The translations under genes were made by a program, and so were the position numbers. A stretch of 64,000 bases of DNA. It comes from a virus (taxonomy: Duplodnaviria; Caudoviricetes). How positions within the stretch are numbered: the first letter of the stretch is position 1; every line of letters starts with the position of its first letter. The notes under the pieces were generated by a model that worked only from the letters and a program-made list of their open reading frames with translations, made no database searches and was not told where the DNA came from. Shown piece after piece: positions 28,583-39,300 of this stretch. Where the stretch lies: positions 3,419-67,418 of IMG/VR virus record IMGVR_UViG_3300028832_000139. One strand, 5' to 3'.

Positions 28583-28920
28583 ACTGGATAGATATTGCGT
28601 GTATAGTGTTCGTGTGTGTTACGGCTAACCACCTCGGACTGATTAAGGCCGTAGAAAGCGTGATAAGATGTCACGACTTGCCAATCGTCAGCTGCCCAAA
28701 GTGCTTAACTTTCTGGTGTACGTTAGCATACGACTTGTGGTGTGTCGGCTTTTCCGACATACCACTAATACTCGCAGTATCTTTCCTCGCAAGCTATCTC
28801 GCTATATGGCTTGAATTATTTGAAGGATATATTGACACTTTATATGATAGGTTCTATGAGAAGATTTATCCAACAACAGAGAACGAGAAACATACCGACG
28901 GCACCATGCCCGACGTGTGA
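28579..28920 (+). CDS. Membrane protein with CPKC motif (cassette)
   Basis: Hydrophobic segments; SCPKCLTFW. Confidence 0.7.
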   Translation: MNWIDIACIVFVCVTANHLGLIKAVESVIRCHDLPIVSCPKCLTFWCTLAYDLWCVGFSDIPLILAVSFLASYLAIWLELFEGYIDTLYDRFYEKIYPTTENEKHTDGTMPDV

Positions 28921-28946
28921 TAATAGTAACTTAAAAGTTAATAACA

Positions 28947-29429
28947 ATGAACGCAGAAGAATTAAAAAGTAAGTACGAGTCGCTGTATAAGTATATGGCG
29001 AACTCTAACGAGCCAGACAATATGAAAGCGTTTGGCAAAGTAATGACTGAAATGTTTATGTGGTATGCAGACAATAAGCCTGATGCCGCAAGTGAATGGT
29101 TAGATAAGTTGTCCGCTATTATGTGGAAGAACTATCTCACGCCAAAGGAGGCTGATGTCATCGTGGCTGCAATGAAGCCAGAAGCACCTTGGAACAGGGA
29201 ACAATGGAGAGGTGCAATGGAGAAACACGGCTTTGTTATGGATGAAGAACCATACTACAACCGATGCGCTCTGTATGCTACTATGAATATGATTATGTCA
29301 GATAGTAGCGCAACACTATCAAAGTATGTCAATGGCGAGGAAATGTTCAAGGTCGTTCACGATCTCGCTGTGGATAAGCTCAAAGACGCAGACGGAAAGT
29401 TTAGCATTAGAGCCTACTTTGGACTATGA
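28947..29429 (+). CDS. Helical hypothetical protein (cassette)
   Basis: 160 aa; W..EQW...YYN..ALY..MNMI.SD. Confidence 0.7.
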   Translation: MNAEELKSKYESLYKYMANSNEPDNMKAFGKVMTEMFMWYADNKPDAASEWLDKLSAIMWKNYLTPKEADVIVAAMKPEAPWNREQWRGAMEKHGFVMDEEPYYNRCALYATMNMIMSDSSATLSKYVNGEEMFKVVHDLAVDKLKDADGKFSIRAYFGL

Positions 29430-29671
29430 GTTATCGAGCCTTGATGCGTAGGAAACTCCTTGAACAGATATACGATAAGATGTCTGATGAAGAAAAACGG
29501 CTTTTTGTATATCGCTCTATGGAAGATAAAAACCATACTGAGATAATGAAAGAGTTGGAAAGCATCAAACGAGGTCAGTCATTTTGGATTGATTTAGGCT
29601 CAAATGTAGCGGGCAATGCTTTATTTGATGGGATAGCGTACCTATTTTCAAGGCTCATAAAGCGTTTTTAA
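29426..29671 (+). CDS. Small protein with C-terminal hydrophobic helix (cassette)
   Basis: SFWIDLGSNVAGNALFDGIAYLFSRL. Confidence 0.7.
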   Translation: MSYRALMRRKLLEQIYDKMSDEEKRLFVYRSMEDKNHTEIMKELESIKRGQSFWIDLGSNVAGNALFDGIAYLFSRLIKRF

Positions 29672-29724
29672 CCACCATGTGCCGTGTTGGTTAAAGGGGA
29701 GAGCGTAATGCCCTCCCCTATCTT

Positions 29725-29922
29725 CTATTCTACAACATCAAGCATTTCGTTGAAGAACATGATTGGCTGTACTACCTTTTCTGTTATCTCAGGACTTGCC
29801 TCAAAGTTTTTTGCGCAATCAGTAGCAAGAAAAATGGCTGAACGTGCAATTAGGCTAATCAAATCTTCTCTTGTTAAGTCTTTGGCTGCCAAAAACTCGT
29901 CAATGTTTTTGTACTTTTTCAT
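29725..29922 (-). CDS. Hypothetical protein (moron)
   Basis: Own minus-strand promoter CAAAAGTA at 30007-30014. Confidence 0.55.
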   Translation of the reverse strand: MKKYKNIDEFLAAKDLTREDLISLIARSAIFLATDCAKNFEASPEITEKVVQPIMFFNEMLDVVE

Positions 29923-30068
29923 AATCTTTTAATTTTTAGTTATTTGCTTTCTTGTCGGGTATAGGTCTATTGGTAGAAAATTCCTTAAAATATATAAATA
30001 TTTCAGCAAAAGTACAACAACTTATCAAAATGATTGCTATATTTGCAAAAACATTAAAACATGGTATT

Positions 30069-30593
30069 ATGAAGAAGATAGTATTACTTATTGTGTTTAT
30101 GGCATTTATGCTGAATACTGGCGCACAAAATGTTATGGGTATCAATATTGGTACCACAATGAAATCCTTTAACGTGCAGATGAAGAAAAAAGGCTACGCA
30201 CCTTATAAAACCACCCTTGGAAAGTATGAATATAAGGTTGTGTTTGCGGGCTATCCTGATGCAAACTTTATGGTAGAATACAATACTGATACGGATTCTA
30301 TAAATGGCATCGAGATAATCTTTAGGCACGAGAGTTATGAGCAAGACAAGAAAATCTATCACGATATTAAAGAACAACTGATAGCGAAATACGGCACTCC
30401 ATCGTATGAATTTGAAAAATACAATGCTGATTTAAGCCCTAACATATTAGTCAGAATGACTTATCGTGATGTTTCATTCCATAGCAACCCATATCTTGTT
30501 TGGGATTTTGGAAACGAAAACAATGTAAAACTCAAATATCAAACAACGGCATCAAGGAAAGTTAAGAAGAAAGCATTTAGTAATGATTTATAA
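30069..30593 (+). CDS. Secreted/periplasmic protein (moron)
   Basis: Signal peptide MKKIVLLIVFMAFMLNTGAQ; promoter TATATTTG at 30038-30045. Confidence 0.7.
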   Translation: MKKIVLLIVFMAFMLNTGAQNVMGINIGTTMKSFNVQMKKKGYAPYKTTLGKYEYKVVFAGYPDANFMVEYNTDTDSINGIEIIFRHESYEQDKKIYHDIKEQLIAKYGTPSYEFEKYNADLSPNILVRMTYRDVSFHSNPYLVWDFGNENNVKLKYQTTASRKVKKKAFSNDL

Positions 30594-30652
30594 ACTACTT
30601 GTATTTTCATAAATATTTCCCTTTTATTTTAGTATATTCCAAATAAATTTGT

Positions 30653-30724
30653 TATATTTGCAGCGATAATTGCAATTATTAACAACAAGCCATAGAGAGC
30701 TGCCCTTCTGGGTGGCTCTTTTTT
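30653..30724 (+). promoter_or_regulatory. Tape-measure promoter and attenuator-like leader hairpin
   Basis: TATATTTG at 30653; AAGCCA-TAGAGAGCTGCCC...GGGTGGCTCT-TTTTT. Confidence 0.6.
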
Positions 30725-30746
30725 GGTTTTTATTTGGGATAACGTT

Positions 30747-33700
30747 ATGGCAGGTAATCTTGGTACGCTGTGGTTTGGTGCTGATATTGACCTAACAGCA
30801 TTAAAACAAAAAATACAAAGTGGCAATCAGAGTATTCTTGATGCTCTAAAGATAAGTTACGATCCTCAAAGTTACCAACAAATGGTAACAAGACTGAGGA
30901 CACAACTTTCAAAAGAAACATTTGAGGTGAAACTGACTGCAAACACGCAGAATGTGGTAAACAATATCCAAAACGCTACTAAATCAGGAACGTTTAGGAA
31001 TACTGGAATTGACGAACTGAATGAAAAGATAAAAGTTCAAACGCAGTATGTAAATAATCTTGAAGCCAGATTAAAGTCACTTGCTGTTACCTATTCTCAG
31101 TTAAAGAATAACGGACAACTCTTGCAAGCAAGTAGTTATAAAAATCAAATAGCGAGTGTTAGTCGTGAACTTATTGGCGAAAGACAAACATTAAAGGATT
31201 TTATAGCGGAACGTGCTTCTTTGCGTAATTCTTCAAATGATGCTTTGCTTCAACTAAAGAGAGAGAGAGCAGAGCGCAAGGCATTAGGAGAGGAAGAACG
31301 CAGGTCAGTTGCTCAAAGAAGAAAAGAGGTAAACCAACTGACAAGCGACCATTTGAGAATGAATGCAACTATTGCGGGTGGCATCCACGTTTCAACGCAA
31401 TTAGGAAGTGCATTGTCTTCTGTTTTTGCAATACACTATGCTCGCCAGTTTTTAGACAATGTTATTGAGATTGGCGGTCAGTTGGAAAAACAGCGTATCA
31501 GTATTGCCGCTATTCTTGGCGATGCCTTAAAAGCAACACACCTGTTTGAGCAGATTAAGGACTTGGCTCTTAAATCTCCATTTGGTGTTGTCGAACTCGA
31601 CCAATATACTAAGCAACTTGCCGCTTACGGATTTAAGCAGAACGAGTTGTTTGATATGACAAAGCGACTTGCTGATATTTCGGCTGGTGCAGGTCAGGAT
31701 ATTGGCAGATTAACATTAGCATTAGGTCACGTTAGAAGTGCTACATACCTTACGGGTATTACACTTCGTCAGTTCTCTATGAACAACATACCTATGTTGA
31801 AGATGCTTGCCGACTACTATTCAGAGGTAGAGAAAAAGGCTGTATCTACTGCCGATGTTCAAAAGCGTATTTCTAAGCGTCAGGTAAGTTATCAAGATGT
31901 TATTGAACAGATACGCAGGCTGACTGACGAGGGAGGTATGTTTTACAATATGCAAGAGAAGATTTCAGAGTCACTTGCTGCAAAGTACAAGAATTTGAAA
32001 GATGCTCTTGATATTATGTATGGCGAGATTGCTGAGAGTAATATAGGCGATGCGATGAAGAATACTGCCGAGGTTTTACTAAAAACTACAAGGCATTGGA
32101 AAGAGATTGCGGCAGCCGTAAGTATTGCTGCTGCTGCTTTTCTTGTTGGTAAAATGAGAATTGGCGTAGAAACACTTGCGCTGCAAGGCAATACTGCTGC
32201 AACATTAAAGAATATATCAGCAAGCAAGCAAATTACTGCAAACAAACTGAGAGCTGCTGCTGCTTATAGGTCGTTAACAAATCAGGAACGCATACAGATA
32301 GCATCTTCAAATAGCCTTACTGCTGCCGACTTACGTTTGGCTATGGCAGACAAAACGCTGAATAAGGAAGATGTATTGCGTCTTGTAGCCTTAAAGAAAA
32401 TTAAGATAGCTCAGGCGATGCACCTTGTAGGTGTAAACGGAATTACTGCTGCTGAGATTAAGGCTGCTGCTGCCACAAAGGCATGGAGAGTGCAGTTGGC
32501 TGGCATCGGTATGTCGCTAAAGAACGCTTTTCGTGGTGTCGGTGCTGGTACGTGGGGTACATTGGCAATGATGGTTGGTGCTGAACTTTATATGGCATGG
32601 GATCAGTGGAACAGCAGAATAGACGAGAAAGCAAATGAAATGAAAGATTTGGCTAAGTCGCATATTACCGACTTACAAAAGATGCAGAAGTCTATCCTTA
32701 CTAACGGAAAGCCAAAAGATAATACCTCTATGAAGAATACCATTACTGAAATGAAGCAAGTTTTGGCTAATTCGGAGGCATATACTAAGACACTTGACGA
32801 GCAACTGAGTAAGACTTCTTCTCTTCCAAAGCAATACGAAATACTAAAAGGTGCTATTGACGATGCAGTAGAGGAAAGCCGCAAAATGCTTGATGTTCAA
32901 GATAGAGCAGCAGAACTTATCAAAGCAAGTAAGAGTGATTTTTCTTGGTGGGATGTCACTAAGATGGGTTTATTATCCCCTACTGCCACCAAGAATGTGT
33001 GGAACCAGGTATTTAATGATGATGTAAAGACTAATATTGACGATGTTAATAACGCTTACAAGTCACTTCGTAAGACGCTTGATAGCCTATACGAATACAA
33101 AGAGCCGTTAAAGGAACTAATAGAGAGTATTAAGAACTCAGATATTAGCGAGGACTTAAAAGAGCAACTTGAAAAAGCACCATTTGAGGAACAATTAAGA
33201 ATACTCGCAGAAAATGGCTATTGGAAAGAAATAGAAAACAAATTAAAAGGTGTTGGAAAAGCATTTGGAAATAGCGAAACTGAGGTTAAGAACGTTTGCG
33301 AAAAATTAAAAGGCTCTTTGGATGGAGTTAAAGAGGAATGGGGAGAAATATATGGCGATGACATTCCAAAGATGTATGAGAAGATGCTTGCTGAGTTTGA
33401 TGGCGATGAAAAGAAACTGAAGCAATGGGTGTTTAATAACATTGACGATGTTCGCAACCTTCTTGACGGTATATTAGACCAAATTGGCGAGAAAGAGCCA
33501 CAGATTAGAAAATATTTTAAGCGAATGTATCTTAACTATGTTCGTTTTGCCGACCTGATGAAAACTGAGGAAGGTGCTGCACTTGCCGAGGGTGCTACTA
33601 TTGGCGCAACTCTCTTTGATAAATCAATGATGGATAAGTTGAATAAAGAAAAAGAACTTGCAAACTTAGACGATGATGGCTCTGGTGCAAAAAACGACAA

Positions 33701-36305
33701 GAAAGGCAAAGACAAGGAGTTAGAGGCTGCAAGAACAAAGTTAGAGCAGTATAAGGCTTTCTTGTCTGAATACAAGAAGTTTAGGGAAATGTATAGCAAG
33801 GAAGCCGCTATTACTAAGTTGGAGAGCCTATTCCCTGACCTGAAAGATAAAAAAGGGAAGTTCCTTGGTGGCAAACTCGTTGACAATTACATCGAAATGC
33901 TTGATAAACTGAAATCCTCTCTTAAACTGACTACTGATGCTCGCAAGAAGTGGGCTAACGATGTAGATAAGACGAAATCAGATACCACTTTCGATAGAGA
34001 GAAAGAGGCAATGAAAGAGAACGCTGATGCTATGCAAGAATATATGAAGCGTATTGAAAATCAATGGAAACAATATCGCTCACTCTTGCAGAAGTCAGGT
34101 GGTAATCGTAATATTGCGTCTATGGCTTTCAACGACAAAGGGGAGATTTGGGATGAAACAGCAAAAAAGATGCTTGAACGCTTCAACCAACGAGGTAATG
34201 AATTAGGCGTAGTTCCTATCAAGTTCCGTTGGGATATGAGCGAGAAAGAACTGAAAGATGCGCTTGTTGACTCCAAAGGACAAATTCAGGAAGAACTGGT
34301 TAAGGCTGCATTAGAGATACAATCAGTAATTCGTGGAAACTATGTTCAGTTTGTCGAAGATGTAGCATCTGCTTATGAGAAATCTCTTACTGAGGCTCAG
34401 AAACTTGTAGAGTTAGAGCGTCAGCGTCAGGAATTATTAGACAAAAAGGCTAACGACAACGACCAATCTGCAGAGCAGCAAGCAAAGCACGATATTCTTA
34501 TTGCTGCAATGGATAACGAGATTGCAAAGCAGCGTTGGGCTGCATTTAAGGACACAGAAGAGTGGGTACGCATCTTTGGAAACCTTGATAAAGTTAGCAA
34601 ACAGAGCCTTGTAAGTATGCGTGAACAGTTGCTTGCCGTTCTACCGTCTATCAATGAGAACGTAGAAGCTACAAAGGCTTTGTATGAGGCTTTGGAGAAG
34701 TTAGACAAAGCGATTAACGAGCGTAGCCCATTTGAGGCAATGGGTAATGCGATAAAGAGGTCTTCGCAAATTAGCAAGTTGTTAAAGACTGGACTTACGG
34801 ACAATGGCTTTAGAGATGCAAATGGAAACTATATTGTTGGAGAAGAAAATGCGAGAAAGTTAGGTCTAAAGGTCAAAAAAAGCGGAAAATACACAAAGAA
34901 AGACTTAAAAGATGCTGATAAGGGTGCAAAGGTTGATTTTAATGAGGGAATGCAATCTCTATCAAACACTTTCAGCCAACTTGCACAAGCAGCACAACCA
35001 CTTATAGATATATTTGATGCTCTCGGCATGACTGAGGTAGGTCAGGTAATGAGTGGTGCGCAAGATGCACTTAGTTCTGCAATGGCTGGTGGTTTTTTAT
35101 TCGGGCCTTGGGGTGCTGCAATAGCAGGGGGGCTTAGTGTAGTTTCTTCTGTATTAGGTGGTATAATTGGAAACCATGACGAGGCGCTTGAAGAAAAAAT
35201 AAAAGCCTCTAAGCAACGTGTAAAACTGATTGATAACCTGTCAGATACCTTTGAAAGAGCACTTGAAAAAGTGTTAGGCGGTGTGTATGGCTATAAAGAC
35301 TCGGAAACCACCTCTAAGTTCAAAACGCAAAGTGATGAATACTTGAAAAGGTATAATGAGGCAGAAGAGGCGAAAGAAAGAATAAAGAAAGGCGGAGAAA
35401 TTCTATTCGATTATCAAAAAATAAGTCGAAACTATACAAGCGATAAAACCTACGATGCTATCAAGCAGGCACAAGCCTCTGGAGAGTATTACGACCAACA
35501 GCGAGCATTACTTATGATGCAGCGTGACGAAGCAGCAAAGCAGTTGCGTGACGAGCAGAGTAAGAAAGACTCAGACGGCAACGCTATTGACGAGTACAAG
35601 CAGCAGATTGAGGAACTGAACGAGCAGATAAAGAGCTTTGCTCTTGATATGGCAAATACTTTATACGACATCGACCTCAAATCGTGGGCACAGGAGTTTG
35701 GCGATGCTATTGTTACTGCATGGGAGAATGGTGAGGATGCAGCAGAAGCCTACTCAAAGAGCGTTAAGAGCGTGATGAAGAACCTCGCTAAGAACCTCTT
35801 GCAGCAAAAGATTATTGAGGCTGCTTTCAAAGCATCTGACATAGAGGATATGATTGTAAAAATGATGGACGTGTCAAGTGGTAAGCTGGACTATAGCAAT
35901 GTCGAGCGACTTTCCGCAGCATTTATGACTATGAGTGATAATGTTACGGAAATGTACACCGCCGTACTTGACGAACTCTACAAGAAAGGTGTTATCGACA
36001 AGGGAGAGAGTAATGGCGGTCTTTCAAGCACCATCCAAGGTGTTACTGAGAGTACGGCTGATCTGCTCGCAAGTTACATCAATGCAATGCGTCTTGATTT
36101 GAGTGTAAACAGGAATATGATAGCACAATATTATCCTCAGTTCTTAGGCGCACTTTCTCAGGGTAATACAATAGCCAATGCTCAGTTGGCACAACTTCAA
36201 ATGGTTGTAGCGAACACAAACCGAAACGCTAATGCAGCGCAAGATATTTATGACATTCTTCACGCTGTAATGTTAGGTCAAAAGTCTTTGAAAACTAAGG
36301 TATAA
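30747..36305 (+). CDS. Tape measure protein
   Basis: About 1850 aa, helical; SPFGVVEL..YTKQLAAYGF tape-measure motif; start ATG 30747. Confidence 0.92.
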   Translation: MAGNLGTLWFGADIDLTALKQKIQSGNQSILDALKISYDPQSYQQMVTRLRTQLSKETFEVKLTANTQNVVNNIQNATKSGTFRNTGIDELNEKIKVQTQYVNNLEARLKSLAVTYSQLKNNGQLLQASSYKNQIASVSRELIGERQTLKDFIAERASLRNSSNDALLQLKRERAERKALGEEERRSVAQRRKEVNQLTSDHLRMNATIAGGIHVSTQLGSALSSVFAIHYARQFLDNVIEIGGQLEKQRISIAAILGDALKATHLFEQIKDLALKSPFGVVELDQYTKQLAAYGFKQNELFDMTKRLADISAGAGQDIGRLTLALGHVRSATYLTGITLRQFSMNNIPMLKMLADYYSEVEKKAVSTADVQKRISKRQVSYQDVIEQIRRLTDEGGMFYNMQEKISESLAAKYKNLKDALDIMYGEIAESNIGDAMKNTAEVLLKTTRHWKEIAAAVSIAAAAFLVGKMRIGVETLALQGNTAATLKNISASKQITANKLRAAAAYRSLTNQERIQIASSNSLTAADLRLAMADKTLNKEDVLRLVALKKIKIAQAMHLVGVNGITAAEIKAAAATKAWRVQLAGIGMSLKNAFRGVGAGTWGTLAMMVGAELYMAWDQWNSRIDEKANEMKDLAKSHITDLQKMQKSILTNGKPKDNTSMKNTITEMKQVLANSEAYTKTLDEQLSKTSSLPKQYEILKGAIDDAVEESRKMLDVQDRAAELIKASKSDFSWWDVTKMGLLSPTATKNVWNQVFNDDVKTNIDDVNNAYKSLRKTLDSLYEYKEPLKELIESIKNSDISEDLKEQLEKAPFEEQLRILAENGYWKEIENKLKGVGKAFGNSETEVKNVCEKLKGSLDGVKEEWGEIYGDDIPKMYEKMLAEFDGDEKKLKQWVFNNIDDVRNLLDGILDQIGEKEPQIRKYFKRMYLNYVRFADLMKTEEGAALAEGATIGATLFDKSMMDKLNKEKELANLDDDGSGAKNDKKGKDKELEAARTKLEQYKAFLSEYKKFREMYSKEAAITKLESLFPDLKDKKGKFLGGKLVDNYIEMLDKLKSSLKLTTDARKKWANDVDKTKSDTTFDREKEAMKENADAMQEYMKRIENQWKQYRSLLQKSGGNRNIASMAFNDKGEIWDETAKKMLERFNQRGNELGVVPIKFRWDMSEKELKDALVDSKGQIQEELVKAALEIQSVIRGNYVQFVEDVASAYEKSLTEAQKLVELERQRQELLDKKANDNDQSAEQQAKHDILIAAMDNEIAKQRWAAFKDTEEWVRIFGNLDKVSKQSLVSMREQLLAVLPSINENVEATKALYEALEKLDKAINERSPFEAMGNAIKRSSQISKLLKTGLTDNGFRDANGNYIVGEENARKLGLKVKKSGKYTKKDLKDADKGAKVDFNEGMQSLSNTFSQLAQAAQPLIDIFDALGMTEVGQVMSGAQDALSSAMAGGFLFGPWGAAIAGGLSVVSSVLGGIIGNHDEALEEKIKASKQRVKLIDNLSDTFERALEKVLGGVYGYKDSETTSKFKTQSDEYLKRYNEAEEAKERIKKGGEILFDYQKISRNYTSDKTYDAIKQAQASGEYYDQQRALLMMQRDEAAKQLRDEQSKKDSDGNAIDEYKQQIEELNEQIKSFALDMANTLYDIDLKSWAQEFGDAIVTAWENGEDAAEAYSKSVKSVMKNLAKNLLQQKIIEAAFKASDIEDMIVKMMDVSSGKLDYSNVERLSAAFMTMSDNVTEMYTAVLDELYKKGVIDKGESNGGLSSTIQGVTESTADLLASYINAMRLDLSVNRNMIAQYYPQFLGALSQGNTIANAQLAQLQMVVANTNRNANAAQDIYDILHAVMLGQKSLKTKV

Positions 36306-36357
36306 AACTTAGCGTTAAAAAATATAAATACAAAATTTATTACTTGTAAAAACTTAC

Positions 36358-36365
36358 TATCTTTG
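36358..36365 (+). promoter_or_regulatory. Internal promoter (-7 element) before the tail gene
   Basis: TATCTTTG. Confidence 0.5.
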
Positions 36366-36396
36366 TGAGGACTCAAGTACATAACATCAGGATAAC

Positions 36397-39300
36397 ATGG
36401 CAAAGACACAGATATACAGAAAAGACGGAAATCCTATCTATCAGGAAGGACATAGCGGAGAGGAAGCATACAAGGTGTATGCCGACTCTCTGGAGTATAG
36501 CGGTGCTGATATGGCAGAGCGTTTTCTGACCGTGACCGTCAAAGCACCCTATCCTATCTCTTTTGCCGTTGGCGATTACATTACCTATCGTAACGAGAAA
36601 TTTGCTCTCTTTGGCGATGGTGGTGTAGTGAAGTGTTCAAGTAGCGGTACTTATGGCGATGGCTTTGTCTATGAGGGCTTGAAGTTCTGCTGGTCTGGGC
36701 AGGAATTGGTTGAGAACGAGTTTCTTGACCTTGTGTTGCTCGATAATCAGGTACACTACACATGTCTGCCTGAGTTCTCTTTCTTCTGTGAGAACGTAGA
36801 TGATTTGCTTGACCGCTTGCAGGCAAATATGGATGCCTTGCAATTCCCTGTAAAGTATCTTACCTTTGCTTCTGACGAGGCTCTTGACGATAACTTTGAC
36901 TATCGCTTTGTATATAACGCAGAGAGAGCGTTTCTTTATACTGCAAAGACTGGCAATAGCGTTACGGCACTGATATTCCGTACTGCTGAGTGGATAATAA
37001 AGTTCACGCTTTCTAATGGTGTGTTTGTTCGCTCTGGTAGTGCGCCTGTTGCCTACTCTGCTGCAAATTGGAATACGGCTACATCAGGATATAGCAGCGT
37101 AACACTCTATCGCCTTAATGGTCGTTGGAAGTTCTTTTCTCCAAGTAAGACACGAAGCATACAGCGTGGAGTCACTGAGGAAGAATGGAATGCTTACTAC
37201 TCTCTCCCACAAGGAGAAACCTATCAGGAACCTGTATATGAGATTAGGCGAAAGAATGTAACCATTTCCTCTCAGAATTGTTGGGGTGCGCTGACACTTG
37301 TAAAAAGCGACTTCAACCTATACTTCTTTGTGCAGGGTAAAGATGTTGTTATCGGTGCTGATCGTGCGGCATTATCTCAGAACTTTGTCTATGGTAAGGA
37401 CAACGGCTTATACCAGATAGGCAGAAGTGTTGACGATGGTGCAGCCGTTATTACTCGCCTGCATGGTTATGGTACAGAGCAGAATGTAGCATCGAGGTAT
37501 TATAATCATAAGGCAATGTTCCCTTGGGCAAAGATAGAAAACAAGCAATATATAGACTTTACTATTGATGGTACCAAGTGGCAGACGTTCACGTTATATA
37601 CCGAGAACAGGCTTGGCGCAGAGAAGCCGCTTAACAGACTTGACAGAAACTATTTCGATAATGTTTCTGAACTGAATAACGACACTACAAGAGGTCAGCA
37701 ACTGCCAAAGATATACCCTTGGGTGGGTATGTATCACTCATATATCTGCCCTGTAAAGATTGCTGCAAGTAAAGAGGCTTGTATGCAAGGTCAGGTGTAC
37801 GATGCGTATGTAGGTTTTAATATCTGCTGCCACAATACCGATGCCGTGTATATTGGCGAGCATGGCGGAGACCAGAACTACTACGATGTAGAGTCAACAC
37901 ACGGCAATGCGGCTGGTAAAGACTACTATTACGATACTGCATTTGGTTCAATAATGCCCGACTGCTTGTATATGCTGTATAGCGACTATCAGGCATTAGG
38001 AGTTGAAAGCCTTTCAAATATCTACTTTGCCGAGGGTACAAACAAAGATGTATGGAATGTGTTAACAAAGGATGGCACTACCTATCGTGGCTACGATATG
38101 GTTACGCAGAACAACAATATGGCTATTCAAAAGCTGATGCTGCCAGGCTTTCCTTTGGAAACATTGCGTGAGTGGGTACTTAACCACCTTGACGCAGAAC
38201 GTGGCGATGTAGTCAATGCCGATGGCAGTATCACTTGGAACGGCATTACGGCTTTCTTCTCAGACGAGATAGATAACCCTTATCTTGATAGCGTAAATAA
38301 GGCTGCAATAGGCTTGCGCCCCTACTCTACCATCTTTGACGGAAACGACAATAAGAAAGATGTGCATCCTACCATTGAGGAAATAACCATTGGCGATTTG
38401 CTTGATGCTGGATTGCTCGTTTCTAACCCATACTATCAGCAGAACAGGACAACAAGGGTAGATAAAGTCTTTGAGGCTGGAGAGCCTATTACCGATACTG
38501 GTATAGTCGATGCTGACGGATATACGAATGACGAGGCTACTAACGAAAAGATAAAGGCAAAGGAAACCTTTGAATTAACTCTTTATCCTCTTGGCTTTGA
38601 CCTAAAGAAGTATATCGAGGCATCAGGCGCAAACGCTACCATATCGTTTACGGATGGTATGCTCTCTGGTCGTGAGTTTGAGATTAAGAGCGCACAGGTG
38701 GTAATGAAAAGTGTAGAGGTGTTTGACGAACCTCTTGGCTACTATATGTCTATCCCCTGTTGGAAGATAACGTGCGCACGAAAGACTGACGATACTCTTG
38801 GTATCTATTTCCCAAAGTACGGCTATAACGTGTCTGCTGACGATAAGTTTGTGCTTCTTGGCATTAACCTACCCGATGCGTATGTCGATGTAGCATCGGT
38901 AAAGTTGCTGAAAGAGTCGTTGAAGTATCTTAATGAGAATGAGCATACAAAATACCTCTATGAGCCTAAGATTGACGAAATCTTTATGGCTCGTCAGCAT
39001 CAGTCGGCTATCGCTAACGAAACGCCCTCTCTCTATGATACTATCAAGGAAGGTCAGTTGTTCTCGTTTACTGATACTGACTTAGGACTGGATATTACAA
39101 TGCCTATCAATACTCTCAGCATTAAAGAGGATGGCAATAACGGCATACCGACCTTTGAAATAACGCTGAAAGACGATATAGAGGCTACTCAGGTTACACG
39201 TTCAGGACAAGCATCTTCGGCTGGCGAGCCTGTGAATATTGATGGCGGTATGACCTACCCGCAAGTGAAGTCGCTTATCGAGGATTGGGTAACTCCACGT

